Shown: positions 1-15,014 of the stretch, in pieces
Layout: each line of letters starts with the position of its first letter
How positions within the stretch are numbered: position 1 is the stretch's first letter
Assembly (NCBI GenBank): GCA_049840735.1
Contig: JASGJN010000023.1
Coordinates: 1 to 64,000, forward strand
Reading direction: 5' to 3'
Source: Anaeromyxobacter sp.
GTDB lineage: Bacteria > Myxococcota > Myxococcia > Myxococcales > Anaeromyxobacteraceae
DNA: 64,000 nt
Translations under genes and position numbers: made by a program
The notes under the pieces: model-generated
What the model was told of the DNA's origin: nothing
The model's input: the letters and a program-made list of their open reading frames with translations, nothing else
The model's database searches: none

Positions 1-406
<406 letters not shown>

Positions 407-471
407 CCGCGGTTGATTTAACGCTTCCCAACTCCGCAAGTAAGCTAGCAAGTCAGTTAATCAAATAACTT

Positions 472-4634
<4,163 letters not shown>

Positions 4635-4673
4635 CTCACGAAAGACTAGCTACACCAATTCACGAATAACAAT

Positions 4674-4701
4674 GGGGCGCGCCTGCAAAGCCGCCCCTTT
4701 T
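4674..4701 (+). terminator. Probable intrinsic terminator after rpoC
   Basis: GGGGCG...CGCCCC stem followed by TTTT. Confidence 0.5.
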
Positions 4702-4737
4702 CGTGACCGGATGGGGAGGGGAATAGCCACTTCTGCA

Positions 4738-5295
4738 ATGAGCATCGCAACGAAGACCGGCGACGACGGCACGACCGCGCTGATGTACGGATCGCCGCGT
4801 CTCCAAAACGCGACCCCCGAGTCGTCGGCTTGCGGCACGGTCGATGAGCTCAACGCCGCCCTCGGTTTCGTCCGCGCAACCGTGTCAGCTCCGGCCATCA
4901 CCGAAGCCGTGCTCGCCATTCAAAAGGAGCTCGTCACCTTGATGGGTGAACTTGCCGTTCTGCCGGAAGATCGCGAGCGTTACCACAAACGGCAACTTCA
5001 AGTTTGTCGAAGCTCACATGGTCGACGCCCTCACCACGCATCGTCGACGACCTGGAGAAAACCCAGCGCATCACGTTTCGACGGCTGGGCGACTCCCGGT
5101 GCCACACTCGGTTCCTCCGCGCTCGATCTCGCCCGCACCGCCTGCCGCCGGGCTGAACGCATGGTCGTCGCCCTTCGCGAAACCGGCGCCCAGGTCAACC
5201 CGGAAATCCTTCGTTATCTCAACCGCCTTTCCGACCTCCTTTGGCTCTGGGCACGCTGGGTCGAAACCCAGCTCACCGATCCCAAAACCGCCTGA
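4738..5295 (+). CDS. PduO-type cob(I)alamin adenosyltransferase (local compensating indels)
   Basis: [44 protein letters not shown] motifs. Confidence 0.9.
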   Translation: MSIATKTGDDGTTALMYGSPRLQNATPESSACGTVDELNAALGFVRATVSAPAITEAVLAIQKELVTLMGELAVLPEDRERYHKRQLQVCRSSHGRRPHHASSTTWRKPSASRFDGWATPGATLGSSALDLARTACRRAERMVVALRETGAQVNPEILRYLNRLSDLLWLWARWVETQLTDPKTA

Positions 5296-5381
5296 TGAAA
5301 CCCCATCGCTAACCATCGTTTCATCGCGAAAACTTCCATTTTACACTTCGACCTCTTTCCTCCATATTCCGCGCCCCTGTC

Positions 5382-6059
5382 ATGCTTCCCATTGTCATTA
5401 ACGTCCTCCTGGCGATTCACGTTCTCGTCTCGCTGCTGATTGTCTTGCTCGTCCTTATGCAGCGGCCGAAGAACGAAGGCCTCGGTGCAGCCTTCGGCGG
5501 TGGCATGACAGAAAACCTCTTCGGCGCGCACACCACCAACGTCCTCCAGACCGGCACGCGCTACCTCGCCACCATCTTTTTCGCCCTCACGCTCCTGCTC
5601 TCCTGGCTCTACGTGAAGCAGACGAACATCCGCAGCTCCGTGCATCAGCAGTTGCTGCACTCCGCCGCCCCGGCCACGACGGCGCCCGTCGTGCCGGTCA
5701 TTCCGTCCGACGCCACGACTCCCGCCGTTCCCGCGGCCGAAGCTCCGGCCAAGCCCGCGGAATCCGCTCCGGTCGAGAAAAAAGCCGACGACGCCAAGCC
5801 GGCCGCCGAAGCTCCGGCTCCCGCCCCGGCCACTCCGGCCGCGGCTCCTGAAGCCCCGAAGACCGAGGCTCCCAAGTCGGAATCCTCCACCGCCACTCCT
5901 GCGCCGAAGACCGAAGCTCCGGCTCCGGCGGCCCCAGCTCCTTCCGCCGCCGCCACCCCGGCCGCGCCTGCTCCTGCGGCGGAATCCGCCCCGGCGCCCG
6001 CACCCGCGGTTCCGGCCCCGGCCACGCCCGAACCGGCCAAGGCTCCCGACAAGCAGTAA
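5382..6059 (+). CDS. secG: Preprotein translocase SecG with long Pro/Ala-rich C-terminal tail
   Basis: LLIVLLVLMQRPKNEGLGAAFGGG..ENLFGA, two TM helices, then a long low-complexity PA/E/K tail. Confidence 0.9.
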   Translation: MLPIVINVLLAIHVLVSLLIVLLVLMQRPKNEGLGAAFGGGMTENLFGAHTTNVLQTGTRYLATIFFALTLLLSWLYVKQTNIRSSVHQQLLHSAAPATTAPVVPVIPSDATTPAVPAAEAPAKPAESAPVEKKADDAKPAAEAPAPAPATPAAAPEAPKTEAPKSESSTATPAPKTEAPAPAAPAPSAAATPAAPAPAAESAPAPAPAVPAPATPEPAKAPDKQ

Positions 6060-6162
6060 ACCAACGGCCCGGTTTCGAGACCGGCGTTTTCTCGCCCGGC
6101 GGCGACGAACGCATTTTCGCGCACTTCGCTGCCGAGAACCGCTTGGAATCGGCCCGGCTTTC

Positions 6163-7650
6163 GTGCCAAGCTTGGCGCTCGCCGTGAATCGTTTAGCGCT
6201 TCTACTTGCCTGCCTCCTTTCCGCCGCCCTCTGCGGTTGTGGACGAGTGCCGGACCGCGCCGATTTCGTCTTCCTGAACGGCGCCGAGCCCGAGTCCATC
6301 GATCCTGCCGTCATCACCGGCCAGCCCGACGGCCGCGTCGCTTACGCGCTCTTCGAGGGGCTCACCGTCTTTGGCGCGGATGGCGGGGTCGAGCCCGGCG
6401 TCGCCGAGCGTTGGGAAATCTCGCCCGATGGCCGCGTCTACACTTTCTATCTCCGCCACAATTCCAAGTGGAGCAACGGTGAGACCGTCACCGCCCGCGA
6501 TTTCGTGCCTCTCCTGGAAGCGCGCACTGTTGCCGGACAACGCCAGCCGAGTACGCCTACCAGCTCTACTACGTGCACGGCGCGAAAGATTTCAACGAAG
6601 GCCACCTCACCGACTTCGATCAGGTCGGCATCAAGGTCGAAGACGACTTCACCCTCGAGGTCACCCTCGATTACCCCACACCCTTCTTTCTCGATCTCTG
6701 CGCCTTTCGCCACGCTGCTGCCCGGTGCACGTCGAATCCATCGAGCGCTGCGAGCAAGAGCCGGCGTCAGTTGGACCAAGCCCGGAAACCTCGTCGGCAA
6801 CGGAGCCTTTACCCTCAAGGAATGGCGCCTCTTCGACCGCATCCGCGTGGTCAAAAGCGAGACCTACTGGAACAAAGATCACGTCGGCATGAAGAGCGTC
6901 GACATCCTGCCCCTGGCCGTCCCCATGACTGCCTTCAATTTCTACGCGACCGGCCTTGCCGACTACATGGGGGATAAAGCTGCTCACGCCCACCACGCTC
7001 ATGACCGAGCTGAAGAAGCGGCCCGACTTCCATTCCGCGCCCTTTCTCGGCACCTACTTCCTGCGGTTCAATGTGCAGCGGAAACCTTTCAATGACGCGC
7101 GCGTCCGCCAGGCCATCAGCCTCGTCATCGATAAGAACCTGCTCGTCGAGAAAATCACCCGCGCCGGCGAACCGCCCGCCTCCAGCCTCGTCCCGCCGGG
7201 CACCGCCGGCTACGAGCCGCCGCCGGGCCTGAAGCGCGATCCCGAGCGCGCCCGCAAGCTCCTCGCCGAAGCCGGCTATCCCGGCGGCAAGGGGTTCCCG
7301 ATCATCTATTATCTCTACAAGGCCGACTCCGATTCCGACCGCGACATCGCCGTCGAGTTGCAGAGCGTCCTGGCCCGTGAACTCGGCATCAATATCCAGC
7401 TCGCGCAGCAGGAGTGGAAGGTCTACCTCGCCTCGCTCAGCGCGCTCGATTACGATTTCTGCCGCTCCGCGTGGGTAGGGGATTACGGCGACCCAAATAC
7501 CTTCATGGATATGTTCGTCACCGACGGAGGGAACAACCGCACCGGCTGGAGCAGCAAGCGTTACGACCAGCTCCATTGCCGATGCCGCCAAGGAGTTGGA
7601 CAAGGAGAAGCGTTTCGCCCTCTTCCGGGAAGCGGAGAAAATCCTCGTCC
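6163..7650 (+). CDS. Peptide ABC transporter substrate-binding lipoprotein (OppA family); frameshifted and truncated at the junction
   Basis: Lipobox LCGC, NGAEPESIDP, LFEGL, GVAERWEIS.DG..YTF, PFNDARVRQAI, WVGDYGDPNTF, REAEKIL then an abrupt switch. Confidence 0.88.
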
Positions 7651-8423
7651 ACCATCAGCCCGTGGCCGGCGGTGTGGCCGGCGCGGACCACCCAGCCCGG
7701 CGCGGCGGCGCGCACCACGCGCCCCTCGTCGGCGGCCAGGTCCAGGCCGCGGTGCATGCGGCGGGTGCCGTGAAGGGGATCGACGCGCAGGCCGAAGGGC
7801 GAGGAGATGCCGGCCTCCACCGGCCAGCGCAGCCGGCCGGGCGGCGGCGTGGTCGCCACCAGCGCCTGCCCCAGCGCCCGGGCCGTGGCCATGCGCGTGG
7901 CCACGCGCCCCAGCCGCAGCCCCACCGCCTGCTCCAGGCCGGGCGGCGCGGCGCCGAGGCGATCGGTGTCGGAGGTCCACTCCGCCTCCAGCGTCACGCG
8001 CACCCGCACCAGCTCCAGCAGCGGCGTCTGGGGCAGCGGCCGGGCCAGCCAGCCGTCCAGCGTGGGGAGCAGCGCCTGCCAGGCCTCCACCGCCTCGGGC
8101 GGGAAGGCGCGGGCCCGCCCGTGCGCCCGGCGCAGGCGCGCCTCGGCGGCGAAGCGCTGCAGCACCGGATCGATGGGCGGCCCCTGCGGTGCCTCGGTGG
8201 GCTCGGCCTCGGGGGCCGCCACCTGCACCGGCGGCGGCGCGGCGGCCTCGGCCGGCTCCTGCGCCGGCGCGCCTTCCGGGCGGCCCGGGAAGCCGGCGTC
8301 GGCGAAGGTCATCTTGCCCGCCGTGCCCCCGGCGCAGCCGGCCAGCGCGGCCGCGGCCAGCGCGGCGAGCGCGGCGGCGGTTGGGCGCGGACGGGGCGGT
8401 GGGCGGCGGCGGAGCGGGTGCAC
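7650..8423 (-). CDS. M23 family metallopeptidase lipoprotein, C-terminus cut at the junction
   Basis: Lipobox LAGC; WPVEAGISSPFGLRVDPLHGTRRMHRGLDLAA..G..VRAAAPG.V..AG...GHGLMV; HxH motif missing because of truncation. Confidence 0.85.
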
Positions 8424-8592
8424 CGGGAGGAGATGTTACCAGCGGGCGGGCGCGTGTCGCGTCCCCCGCCGGCGTCGATCTCGCCGGATATCGCTGGGCG
8501 CGTGGCCTTTGGTGTGTGCGGGTGGGTGCGCCGCGCACGCCGGCGCCGTTCTGCGGACGCGAGGCGCCGGGGGCGGCTACACTGCCCGGCGC

Positions 8593-9272
8593 ATGCCCGC
8601 CCGCTCCGCCCGCCGCCCCGCCCCCGAGGCCCGCGCCCGCGCCGTCGAGAAATCGTCGATCGGCTGGAGCGGGCCATGCCGGACGTGAAGATCGCGCTCG
8701 AGTTCGGGAACGACCTGGAGCTGCTGGTCTCGGTGGTCCTCTCGGCGCAGTCCACCGACGTGGGCGTCAACAAGGTCACGCCGGCGCTCTTCGCCGCCTT
8801 CCCCGACGCCGCCGCCTACGCGCGGGCCCGCCCCGAGGACCTCTGGCCGTACATCCGCAGCCTGGGGCTCTACCGGAACAAGGCCAAGGCCATCGTGGCC
8901 GCCATGGGCGCCATCGCGGCCGGGCACGGCGGGCGCGTGCCGCGCAACCGCGAGGCGCTGGAGGCGCTGCCCGGGGTGGGGCGCAAGACCGCCGGGGTGG
9001 TGCTGGTCCACCTGGGCGCGGCGCAGGCCTTCCCGGTGGACACGCACGTGGGGCGCGTCTCGCGGCGGCTGGGGCTGACGCGGCAGGAGGACCCGGACAA
9101 GGTGGAGCGGGACCTGATGGCGCTGGTGCCGGAGGAGCGCTGGGGGCGCGGCCACCAGCTGCTGGTCTGGCACGGCCGCCGGACCTGCGCCGCGAGGGCG
9201 CCGGCCTGCTCCCGCTGCCCGCTCGACGACCTGTGCCCGAAGCGCGGCGTGCCGCCGGCCATCCGCCGCTGA
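8593..9272 (+). CDS. nth: Endonuclease III (probable indel near 8650)
   Basis: LLVSVVLSAQSTD, HhH LPGVGRKTA, VDTHVGR, 4Fe-4S C-X6-C-X2-C-X5-C. Confidence 0.95.
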
Positions 9273-9398
9273 CCGGCCCTCCGAGGAGGCGCACCGCGCG
9301 GTGCGTCGCGAAGCCGCTCCGCATATCCAGGCATGAGTGGTATGAAAATGCAGCCCGGCCTCCGCGGAGGAGGCCCGGCGCCGGGGTAGGAGCCGCAG

Positions 9399-10397
9399 AT
9401 GGCTGGGCCGAAGACGCCGCGCCGGAGGAAGCCAGGACCCGAGGAGCCGTCGGAGCAGGTGCGACTGATCGTGAAGGTGGCGCAGATGTACCACGAGCGC
9501 CGCCTCAACCAGTCCGCCATCGCCGACCAGCTCGGCCTCTCGCAGGCGCGGGTCTCGCGCCTGCTCAAGCTGGCCGAGGGGCAGGGCATCGTCCGCACCA
9601 CCGTGCACGTGCCGCCGGGCATGCACACCGGCGTCGAGAGCGCGCTGGAGGAGCGGTACGGGGCGGCGCAGGTGGTGGTGGTGGACACCGGCGGCGCGCG
9701 CGACGACGACGTGGTCGAGGCGCTGGCGCCCAGCGCCGCCGCCTGGCTGGAGGGGGCGGTCGGCGGCTGCGAGACGATCGGCATCTCCTCCTGGAGCGAG
9801 ACGCTGCTGGCCACGGTCGAGGCCATGCACCCGGTCCGCCAGGGCTCCACCCGCTACGTGGTGCAGGTGCTGGGCGGCGTGGGGCGCCCCGGCGCCACCA
9901 GCGCCACGCGGCTCACCCAGCGGCTGGCCGAGGTCTGCCAGGCGCGCCCGGTGTTCCTGCTCGGCCCCGGCCTGGTGGGCTCGCCCGGCGCGCGCCAGAC
10001 GCTGCTGCGCGACCCGCACTTCGCCGAGGTGGTCTCGTACTGGGATCACCTCTCCATGATCCTGACCGGCATCGGCGGCCTGGAGACGCCCTCGCGCCTC
10101 CTGCGCGACAGCGCCGGCGTGATGACCAGCGAGGAGCAGCGCGACCTCGCCGCGCGCGGCGCGGTGGGCGAGATCTGCTTCCGCTTCTTCGACGAGGACG
10201 GCGGGCTGGTGCAGTCGCCGCTCGACGCCCGCGTCATCGGCGTCAGCTTCGAGCAGCTGCGCGAGACCCCGCGCACGGTGGCGGTGGCCGGCGGCGGCCG
10301 CAAGTTCGCGGCCATCCGCGCCGCGCTGCGCGGGCGCTGGGTGGACACGCTGATCACGGATCTGAGCACGGCCGAGCGGCTGCTGCGGGATCCCTGA
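9399..10397 (+). CDS. SorC/LsrR-family sugar-binding transcriptional regulator
   Basis: VAQMYHERRLNQSAIADQLGLSQARVSRLL HTH; GAVGEICFRFFD; AGGGRKFAAIRAALRG..DTLITD. Confidence 0.92.
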   Translation: MAGPKTPRRRKPGPEEPSEQVRLIVKVAQMYHERRLNQSAIADQLGLSQARVSRLLKLAEGQGIVRTTVHVPPGMHTGVESALEERYGAAQVVVVDTGGARDDDVVEALAPSAAAWLEGAVGGCETIGISSWSETLLATVEAMHPVRQGSTRYVVQVLGGVGRPGATSATRLTQRLAEVCQARPVFLLGPGLVGSPGARQTLLRDPHFAEVVSYWDHLSMILTGIGGLETPSRLLRDSAGVMTSEEQRDLAARGAVGEICFRFFDEDGGLVQSPLDARVIGVSFEQLRETPRTVAVAGGGRKFAAIRAALRGRWVDTLITDLSTAERLLRDP

Positions 10398-10486
10398 GGC
10401 AAGCCTCGAGCGTCAGGCCTCAGGCCTCACGCGCCCCCATTCCATCCGCCCCAACCGACCGTACCCGTCAGGCCGGCCTCCACCGC

Positions 10487-10549
10487 TTGACGTCCCGGCC
10501 CGCTGGTGCCTAGATGTGAATACGTATGACGAGCACGAATAAATATTCA
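10487..10549 (+). promoter_or_regulatory. Sigma70-like promoter plus tandem operator-like palindromes for the sugar operon
   Basis: TTGACG (10487) N18 TAGATG; GAATA-CG-TATGA (10518) and perfect GAATA-AA-TATTC (10537-10548); an AT-rich patch in GC-rich DNA. Confidence 0.6.
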
Positions 10550-11437
10550 GAGGCGCAGGGAGGGCTGGTCCTCCGTCCGGTGGCGGGGGCGCCCGACCTG
10601 GCGGCGGAGGTGGCGGCGGCCGATCCAGGCCGTCGCCCGGAGATCCTGGCCCGCATCGCAGCCGATGTCCGTGCCCTCATCGTACGCACGGTCGGCGACG
10701 CGAAGTTCGGCCACATCGGCGGCGACCTCTCGGTCACCGACGTGCTGACCACGCTCTTCTTCGGCGTGCTCAGGATCCGGCCGACCGAGCCGGCCTGGGC
10801 GGACCGCGACCGGATCATCCTCAGCAAGGGCCACTGCGCCGCCGCGCTCTACTCGGTGCTGGCCACCGCCAACTTCTTCCAGCGCGAGGCCTTGCCGCAG
10901 TTCGTCAAGCCGCTCTCGCCCCTCAATGGCCACCCCAACCGGCGCAAGGTGCCGGGCGTGGAGGCCAACACCGGCGCGCTGGGGCACGGCATGCCCTTCG
11001 CGGTCGGCTGCGCGGTGGCCGCCCGCCTGTCCGGCTCCGACCGGCGCGTCTACGTGATCCTGGGCGACGGCGAGCTGCAGGAGGGCAGCAACTGGGAGGC
11101 CGCCATGGCCGCCGGCCACCGCGGGCTCGGCAACCTGACCGCCATCGTCGACCGCAACGGCCTGCAGCAGGGGGCCCGCACCGAGGCCACCAACCGGCTG
11201 GAGCCCCTGGCGGACAAGTGGCGCGCCTTCGGCTGGGAGGTGGTCGAGCTGGACGGCCACGACCACCGGCGGCTGCTCGAGACCTTCCAGCGGCCGCATG
11301 AGGGCCGGCCCCGCTGCGTGGTCGCCCATACCATCAAGGGGAAGGGCGTGAGCTTCATCGAGGACCGGGTCGAGTGGCACCACAAGGTTCCCAGCGCGGA
11401 TCAGGTCAAGCAGGCGCTGGAGGAGCTGGGTCGATGA
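10526..11437 (+). CDS. Transketolase, N-terminal ThDP-binding subunit (start uncertain)
   Basis: GHIGGDLS, DRIILSKGH, LNGHP, NTGALGHG, GDGELQEGSNWEA. Confidence 0.93.
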   Translation: MTSTNKYSEAQGGLVLRPVAGAPDLAAEVAAADPGRRPEILARIAADVRALIVRTVGDAKFGHIGGDLSVTDVLTTLFFGVLRIRPTEPAWADRDRIILSKGHCAAALYSVLATANFFQREALPQFVKPLSPLNGHPNRRKVPGVEANTGALGHGMPFAVGCAVAARLSGSDRRVYVILGDGELQEGSNWEAAMAAGHRGLGNLTAIVDRNGLQQGARTEATNRLEPLADKWRAFGWEVVELDGHDHRRLLETFQRPHEGRPRCVVAHTIKGKGVSFIEDRVEWHHKVPSADQVKQALEELGR

Positions 11438-12393
11438 GCGCCGAGACCACCACCGCCACCGGCGGTACGCCCACCCACGACTGCCGCGTCGCCTTCGCCG
11501 AGGAGCTGGCCGCCGCCGCGCGGACCGATCCCCGCATCGTCGTGGTCTGCAACGACTCCATCGGCTCCTCCAACCTGGTGCCGTTCAGCCGGGAGTTCCC
11601 GGAGCGGATGATCAACGTCGGCATCGCCGAGCAGGACATGGTCGGCGTCTCGGCCGGCCTGGCCAACGGCGGGTACGTGCCGTTCGTCTGCGGCGCCGCC
11701 CCCTTCCTGACCGGCCGCGCCCTCGAGCAGATCAAGAACGACCTGGCATACAGCAGCTACCACGCCGTGCTCTGCGGCATGAGCCCGGGCATGGCCTACG
11801 GCGAGCTGGGGCCCACCCACCACTCCATCGAGGACGTGGCCTGGCTGCGCGCCATCTCCGACCTGACCGTGGTGGTCCCGGCCGATCCGGATGAGACCCG
11901 CGGCGCGGTCCGCTGGGCGGTCGACGCGCCCGGTCCCATCTACATCCGCGTCAGCCGGTTCAAGGTGCCCGCCGTCACGCCGCAGGGCCAGGGCTTCCAG
12001 GCCGGCAAGGCGGCCGAGCTGCGCGCCGGCCGTGACGTGACCCTGGTCGCCAACGGGACCATGGTCCACCGCGCGCTGGAGGCCGCCGCGCTGCTTGCGG
12101 ACAAGGGCGTGCAGGCCCGGGTGCTCAACCTGGCCACCGTCACCCCCATCGACGAGGAGGCGCTGGTCCGCGCCGCCACCGAGACCGGGCGCGTGGTGAC
12201 GGTCGAGGAGGGGCACGTGCGCGGCGGCCTGGGCGGCGCGGTGGCCGAGGTGCTGGCCCAGCGGCGGCCGGTCCCCATGCGCATCCTGGGCGTCCCGCAC
12301 TTCGCCCCCACCGGCGACTCGGGCTTCCTCTTCCAGCACTTCGGCCTCGACGCCGCCGGCATCGCGAAGGCGGCCCTCGAGCTGGTGGGCTGA
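11434..12393 (+). CDS. Transketolase, C-terminal subunit
   Basis: NVGIAEQDMVG, RALEQIKND, GPTHHSIED, VTVEEG...GGLGGAVAE; ATGA overlap with upstream gene. Confidence 0.93.
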   Translation: MSAETTTATGGTPTHDCRVAFAEELAAAARTDPRIVVVCNDSIGSSNLVPFSREFPERMINVGIAEQDMVGVSAGLANGGYVPFVCGAAPFLTGRALEQIKNDLAYSSYHAVLCGMSPGMAYGELGPTHHSIEDVAWLRAISDLTVVVPADPDETRGAVRWAVDAPGPIYIRVSRFKVPAVTPQGQGFQAGKAAELRAGRDVTLVANGTMVHRALEAAALLADKGVQARVLNLATVTPIDEEALVRAATETGRVVTVEEGHVRGGLGGAVAEVLAQRRPVPMRILGVPHFAPTGDSGFLFQHFGLDAAGIAKAALELVG

Positions 12394-12401
12394 GGCGCGC
12401 C

Positions 12402-13895
12402 ATGGCCACCCCGCTCCTCTTGGCGATCGACCAGGGCACCAGCTCCACCAAGTGCCTCCTCGTGGACGGGGAGGGCGCGGTGGTGGCGCGCGGCTCGGCG
12501 CCGCTGGGCGAGCAGCACCCGCAGCCGGGCTGGGTGGACCAGGACGCGAAGGCGCTCCTGGCCAGCGTGCGCGCGGCGGTGGCCGACTGCCTGCGCGGGC
12601 AGGATCCGAAGGCCGTGGCCGGGATCGGCATCTCCAACCAGCGCGAGTCGCTGGTGGCCTGGGACGGGAAGACCGGCGAGCCCGTGGCGCCGCTCATCAG
12701 CTGGCAGGACCAGCGCAGCGCCGCGGCGGTGGACGCCCTGCGCACGCCCGAGCTGGAGCGGCTGGTGCAGGACCGCAGCGGCCTGCCGCTCGATCACATG
12801 TTCTCGGCGGCCAAGGCGCGCTGGCTGCTGGACGCGCTCGATCCCTCCCGCGCCCGCGCGCGCGCCGGCGCCATCCGGCTGGGGACGGTGGACAGCTGGC
12901 TGCTCTGGCAGTTGGCCGGCGGCGAGCACGTCGTCGAAGCCGGCAACGCCTCGCGCACGCAGCTCCTGGACGTGCGCCGGGCCGCCTGGGATGACGATCT
13001 GCTGGAGCTCTTCGACGTGCCGCGGGAGGCGCTGCCGCGCGTGGTGCCGTCGGTCGGCCCGTTCGGCCACGCCCGCGGGCTGGCGCCGCTGCCGGACGGC
13101 GTGCCCATCCTCTCCGTCCTGGGCGACTCGCACTCCGCCCTCTTCGCCCACGGCGGCTTCCGCCCCGGGACCGTGAAGGCCACCTTCGGCACCGGCTCCT
13201 CGGTGATGGGGCTCATCCCCGAGCCCGGCCGGCTGGCGGAGGGGCTGTGCCTCACCATCGGCTGGTCGCTGGGGTCGCCCGCCTTCGCCGCCGAGGGGAA
13301 CATCCGCTCCGCCGGCGCCACGCTGCGCTGGATGGCCGAGCTGCTGGGGGTGCCCACCGAGCAGCTGGCGGAGCTGGCGGCCACGGCCTCGAGCGAGGGC
13401 GTCTCGGTGGTGCCGGGGTTCAACGGCCTGGGCGCGCCCTGGTGGGACCGCGACGCGGTGGGGCTCATCACCAACTGCACGCTCGGCACCGGCCGGGCCC
13501 AGCTGGCCAGGGCCGCCCTGGAGTCGATCGTCCACCAGGTGGCGGACGTGGTCGAGGCGGTGGACCGGAGCGTGGGGCGCGTGGCCGAGGTCTTCGCCGA
13601 CGGCGGCCCCACCCGGAACGCCGCGCTGATGCAGCTGCAGGCGGACGTGCTGGGGCGGCCGGTGGTGCCCTCGCGCACCGCCGAGCTCTCGGCGCTGGGC
13701 GTGGCCCACCTGGCCGGGCTGCAGGCGGGGATCTGGACCGAGGCGTCGCTGGCGCAGCTGGCGCGTGATCGGACGCGGTACGAGGCGGCGTGGACGGAGG
13801 GCGAGCGCTCGTCGGCGCGGGCCCGCTGGCACGCCGCGGTGCGGCGGGCCCGGGGGCTCGCCGTCACGGCCCGGGCAGCGGAGCCGACGAGGTGA
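12402..13895 (+). CDS. FGGY-family carbohydrate kinase (glycerol/apulose kinase-like)
   Basis: LAIDQGTSSTK, ISNQRES, ISWQDQR, GNASRTQL, KATFGTGS, GLGAPWWD, ADGG. Confidence 0.92.
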   Translation: MATPLLLAIDQGTSSTKCLLVDGEGAVVARGSAPLGEQHPQPGWVDQDAKALLASVRAAVADCLRGQDPKAVAGIGISNQRESLVAWDGKTGEPVAPLISWQDQRSAAAVDALRTPELERLVQDRSGLPLDHMFSAAKARWLLDALDPSRARARAGAIRLGTVDSWLLWQLAGGEHVVEAGNASRTQLLDVRRAAWDDDLLELFDVPREALPRVVPSVGPFGHARGLAPLPDGVPILSVLGDSHSALFAHGGFRPGTVKATFGTGSSVMGLIPEPGRLAEGLCLTIGWSLGSPAFAAEGNIRSAGATLRWMAELLGVPTEQLAELAATASSEGVSVVPGFNGLGAPWWDRDAVGLITNCTLGTGRAQLARAALESIVHQVADVVEAVDRSVGRVAEVFADGGPTRNAALMQLQADVLGRPVVPSRTAELSALGVAHLAGLQAGIWTEASLAQLARDRTRYEAAWTEGERSSARARWHAAVRRARGLAVTARAAEPTR

Positions 13896-13900
13896 AGACC

Positions 13901-14899
13901 ATGGAAGCCACCAGAGCCGAAGTCGCGGCCCCCAAGCTCTCGCTCAAGCGGCTGCGCCTCACCAGCGGCATCCAGGGCCCGCTCATCGGGCTGATCCTCC
14001 TGTGCGCCTTCTTCGCCTTCATGTCGCCGTACTTCCTGCAGGTCCGCAACTGGCTCAACATCCTCGACCAGGTCACGGTGGGCGGCATCGTCGCCATCGG
14101 CATGACCCTGGTGATCATCGCCGGGGGCATCGACCTGTCGGTCGGCTCGGTGCTGGCCTTCTCGGTGATGGTGATGGGCTGGCTGTCCCACGCCGAGCGC
14201 GGCGGCCCGGACTGGCCGCTGCCGCTCGGCATCCTGGCCGGGCTGCTCACCGGGGCGGCCTGCGGCACGGTCACGGGCCTCCTCATCACGGTGGCGAAGC
14301 TGCCGCCCTTCATCGCCACCCTGGCGATGATGAGCATCCTGCGCGGCCTGGCGAACGTCATCACCGGCGGCTTCCAGATCATCGGCTACCCGGACTGGTT
14401 CGTGGACCTGGCGGTGGTGCGCCACTACGGGTTCCTGTCGATGACGGTGGCCACCTTCCTGCTGGTCGTGGCCGTCACCTGGTTCATCCTCAAGTACCGG
14501 CGCGGCGGCCGGGTGCTCTACGCCATCGGCGGCAGCAACGAGGTGGCGCGGCTGGCAGGCATCAAGGTGAAGCGCTGGACGGTGGCCGTCTACGCGCTCG
14601 CCGGCATGCTCGCGGCGCTGGCCGGCACGGCCTTCGCGGCGCGCCTCAACTCCTCGCAGCCCAGCGCCGGCACCGGCGCCGAGCTGGACGCCATCGCCGC
14701 CGCGGTGATCGGCGGCGCCAGCCTCAGCTTCGGCGGCGTGGGGACGGTGGGGGGCACGGTGGTGGGCGTGCTGATCATCGGCGTGCTCCACAACGGCCTC
14801 AACCTGCTGGGCATCAACGCCTTCTACCAGCAGGTGGTGATCGGCGTGGTCATCGCGGCCGCGGTGACGTTCGACACGCTGGGCCGGAAGCACGGCTAG
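13901..14899 (+). CDS. Sugar ABC transporter permease (RbsC-like)
   Basis: GMTLVIIAGGIDLSVGS, PPFIATL, YAIGGSNEVARLAGI, ELDAIAAAVIGG. Confidence 0.95.
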   Translation: MEATRAEVAAPKLSLKRLRLTSGIQGPLIGLILLCAFFAFMSPYFLQVRNWLNILDQVTVGGIVAIGMTLVIIAGGIDLSVGSVLAFSVMVMGWLSHAERGGPDWPLPLGILAGLLTGAACGTVTGLLITVAKLPPFIATLAMMSILRGLANVITGGFQIIGYPDWFVDLAVVRHYGFLSMTVATFLLVVAVTWFILKYRRGGRVLYAIGGSNEVARLAGIKVKRWTVAVYALAGMLAALAGTAFAARLNSSQPSAGTGAELDAIAAAVIGGASLSFGGVGTVGGTVVGVLIIGVLHNGLNLLGINAFYQQVVIGVVIAAAVTFDTLGRKHG

Positions 14900-15014
14900 G
14901 ACGCAGCAGCAGTCGTCGAGGTGTGGGTCGCGGGATCGGGGCCGCCGGGAGCGCGCGGCGGTCAGGGTGAGGTGAAGGGGTCGCACGAACGCAGCACAAC
15001 GCACGAGGACCACG

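Noticed and set aside
7600..7700. Genomic island or HGT boundary
   Set aside because: No mobility genes or att-like repeats; both flanking genes are cut mid-domain, and the left side holds core genes.
6956..10513. 1185-aa ORF, and the 558-aa ORF fusing the OppA tail to Nth
   Set aside because: Products of the chimeric junction and of stop-poor GC-rich frames.
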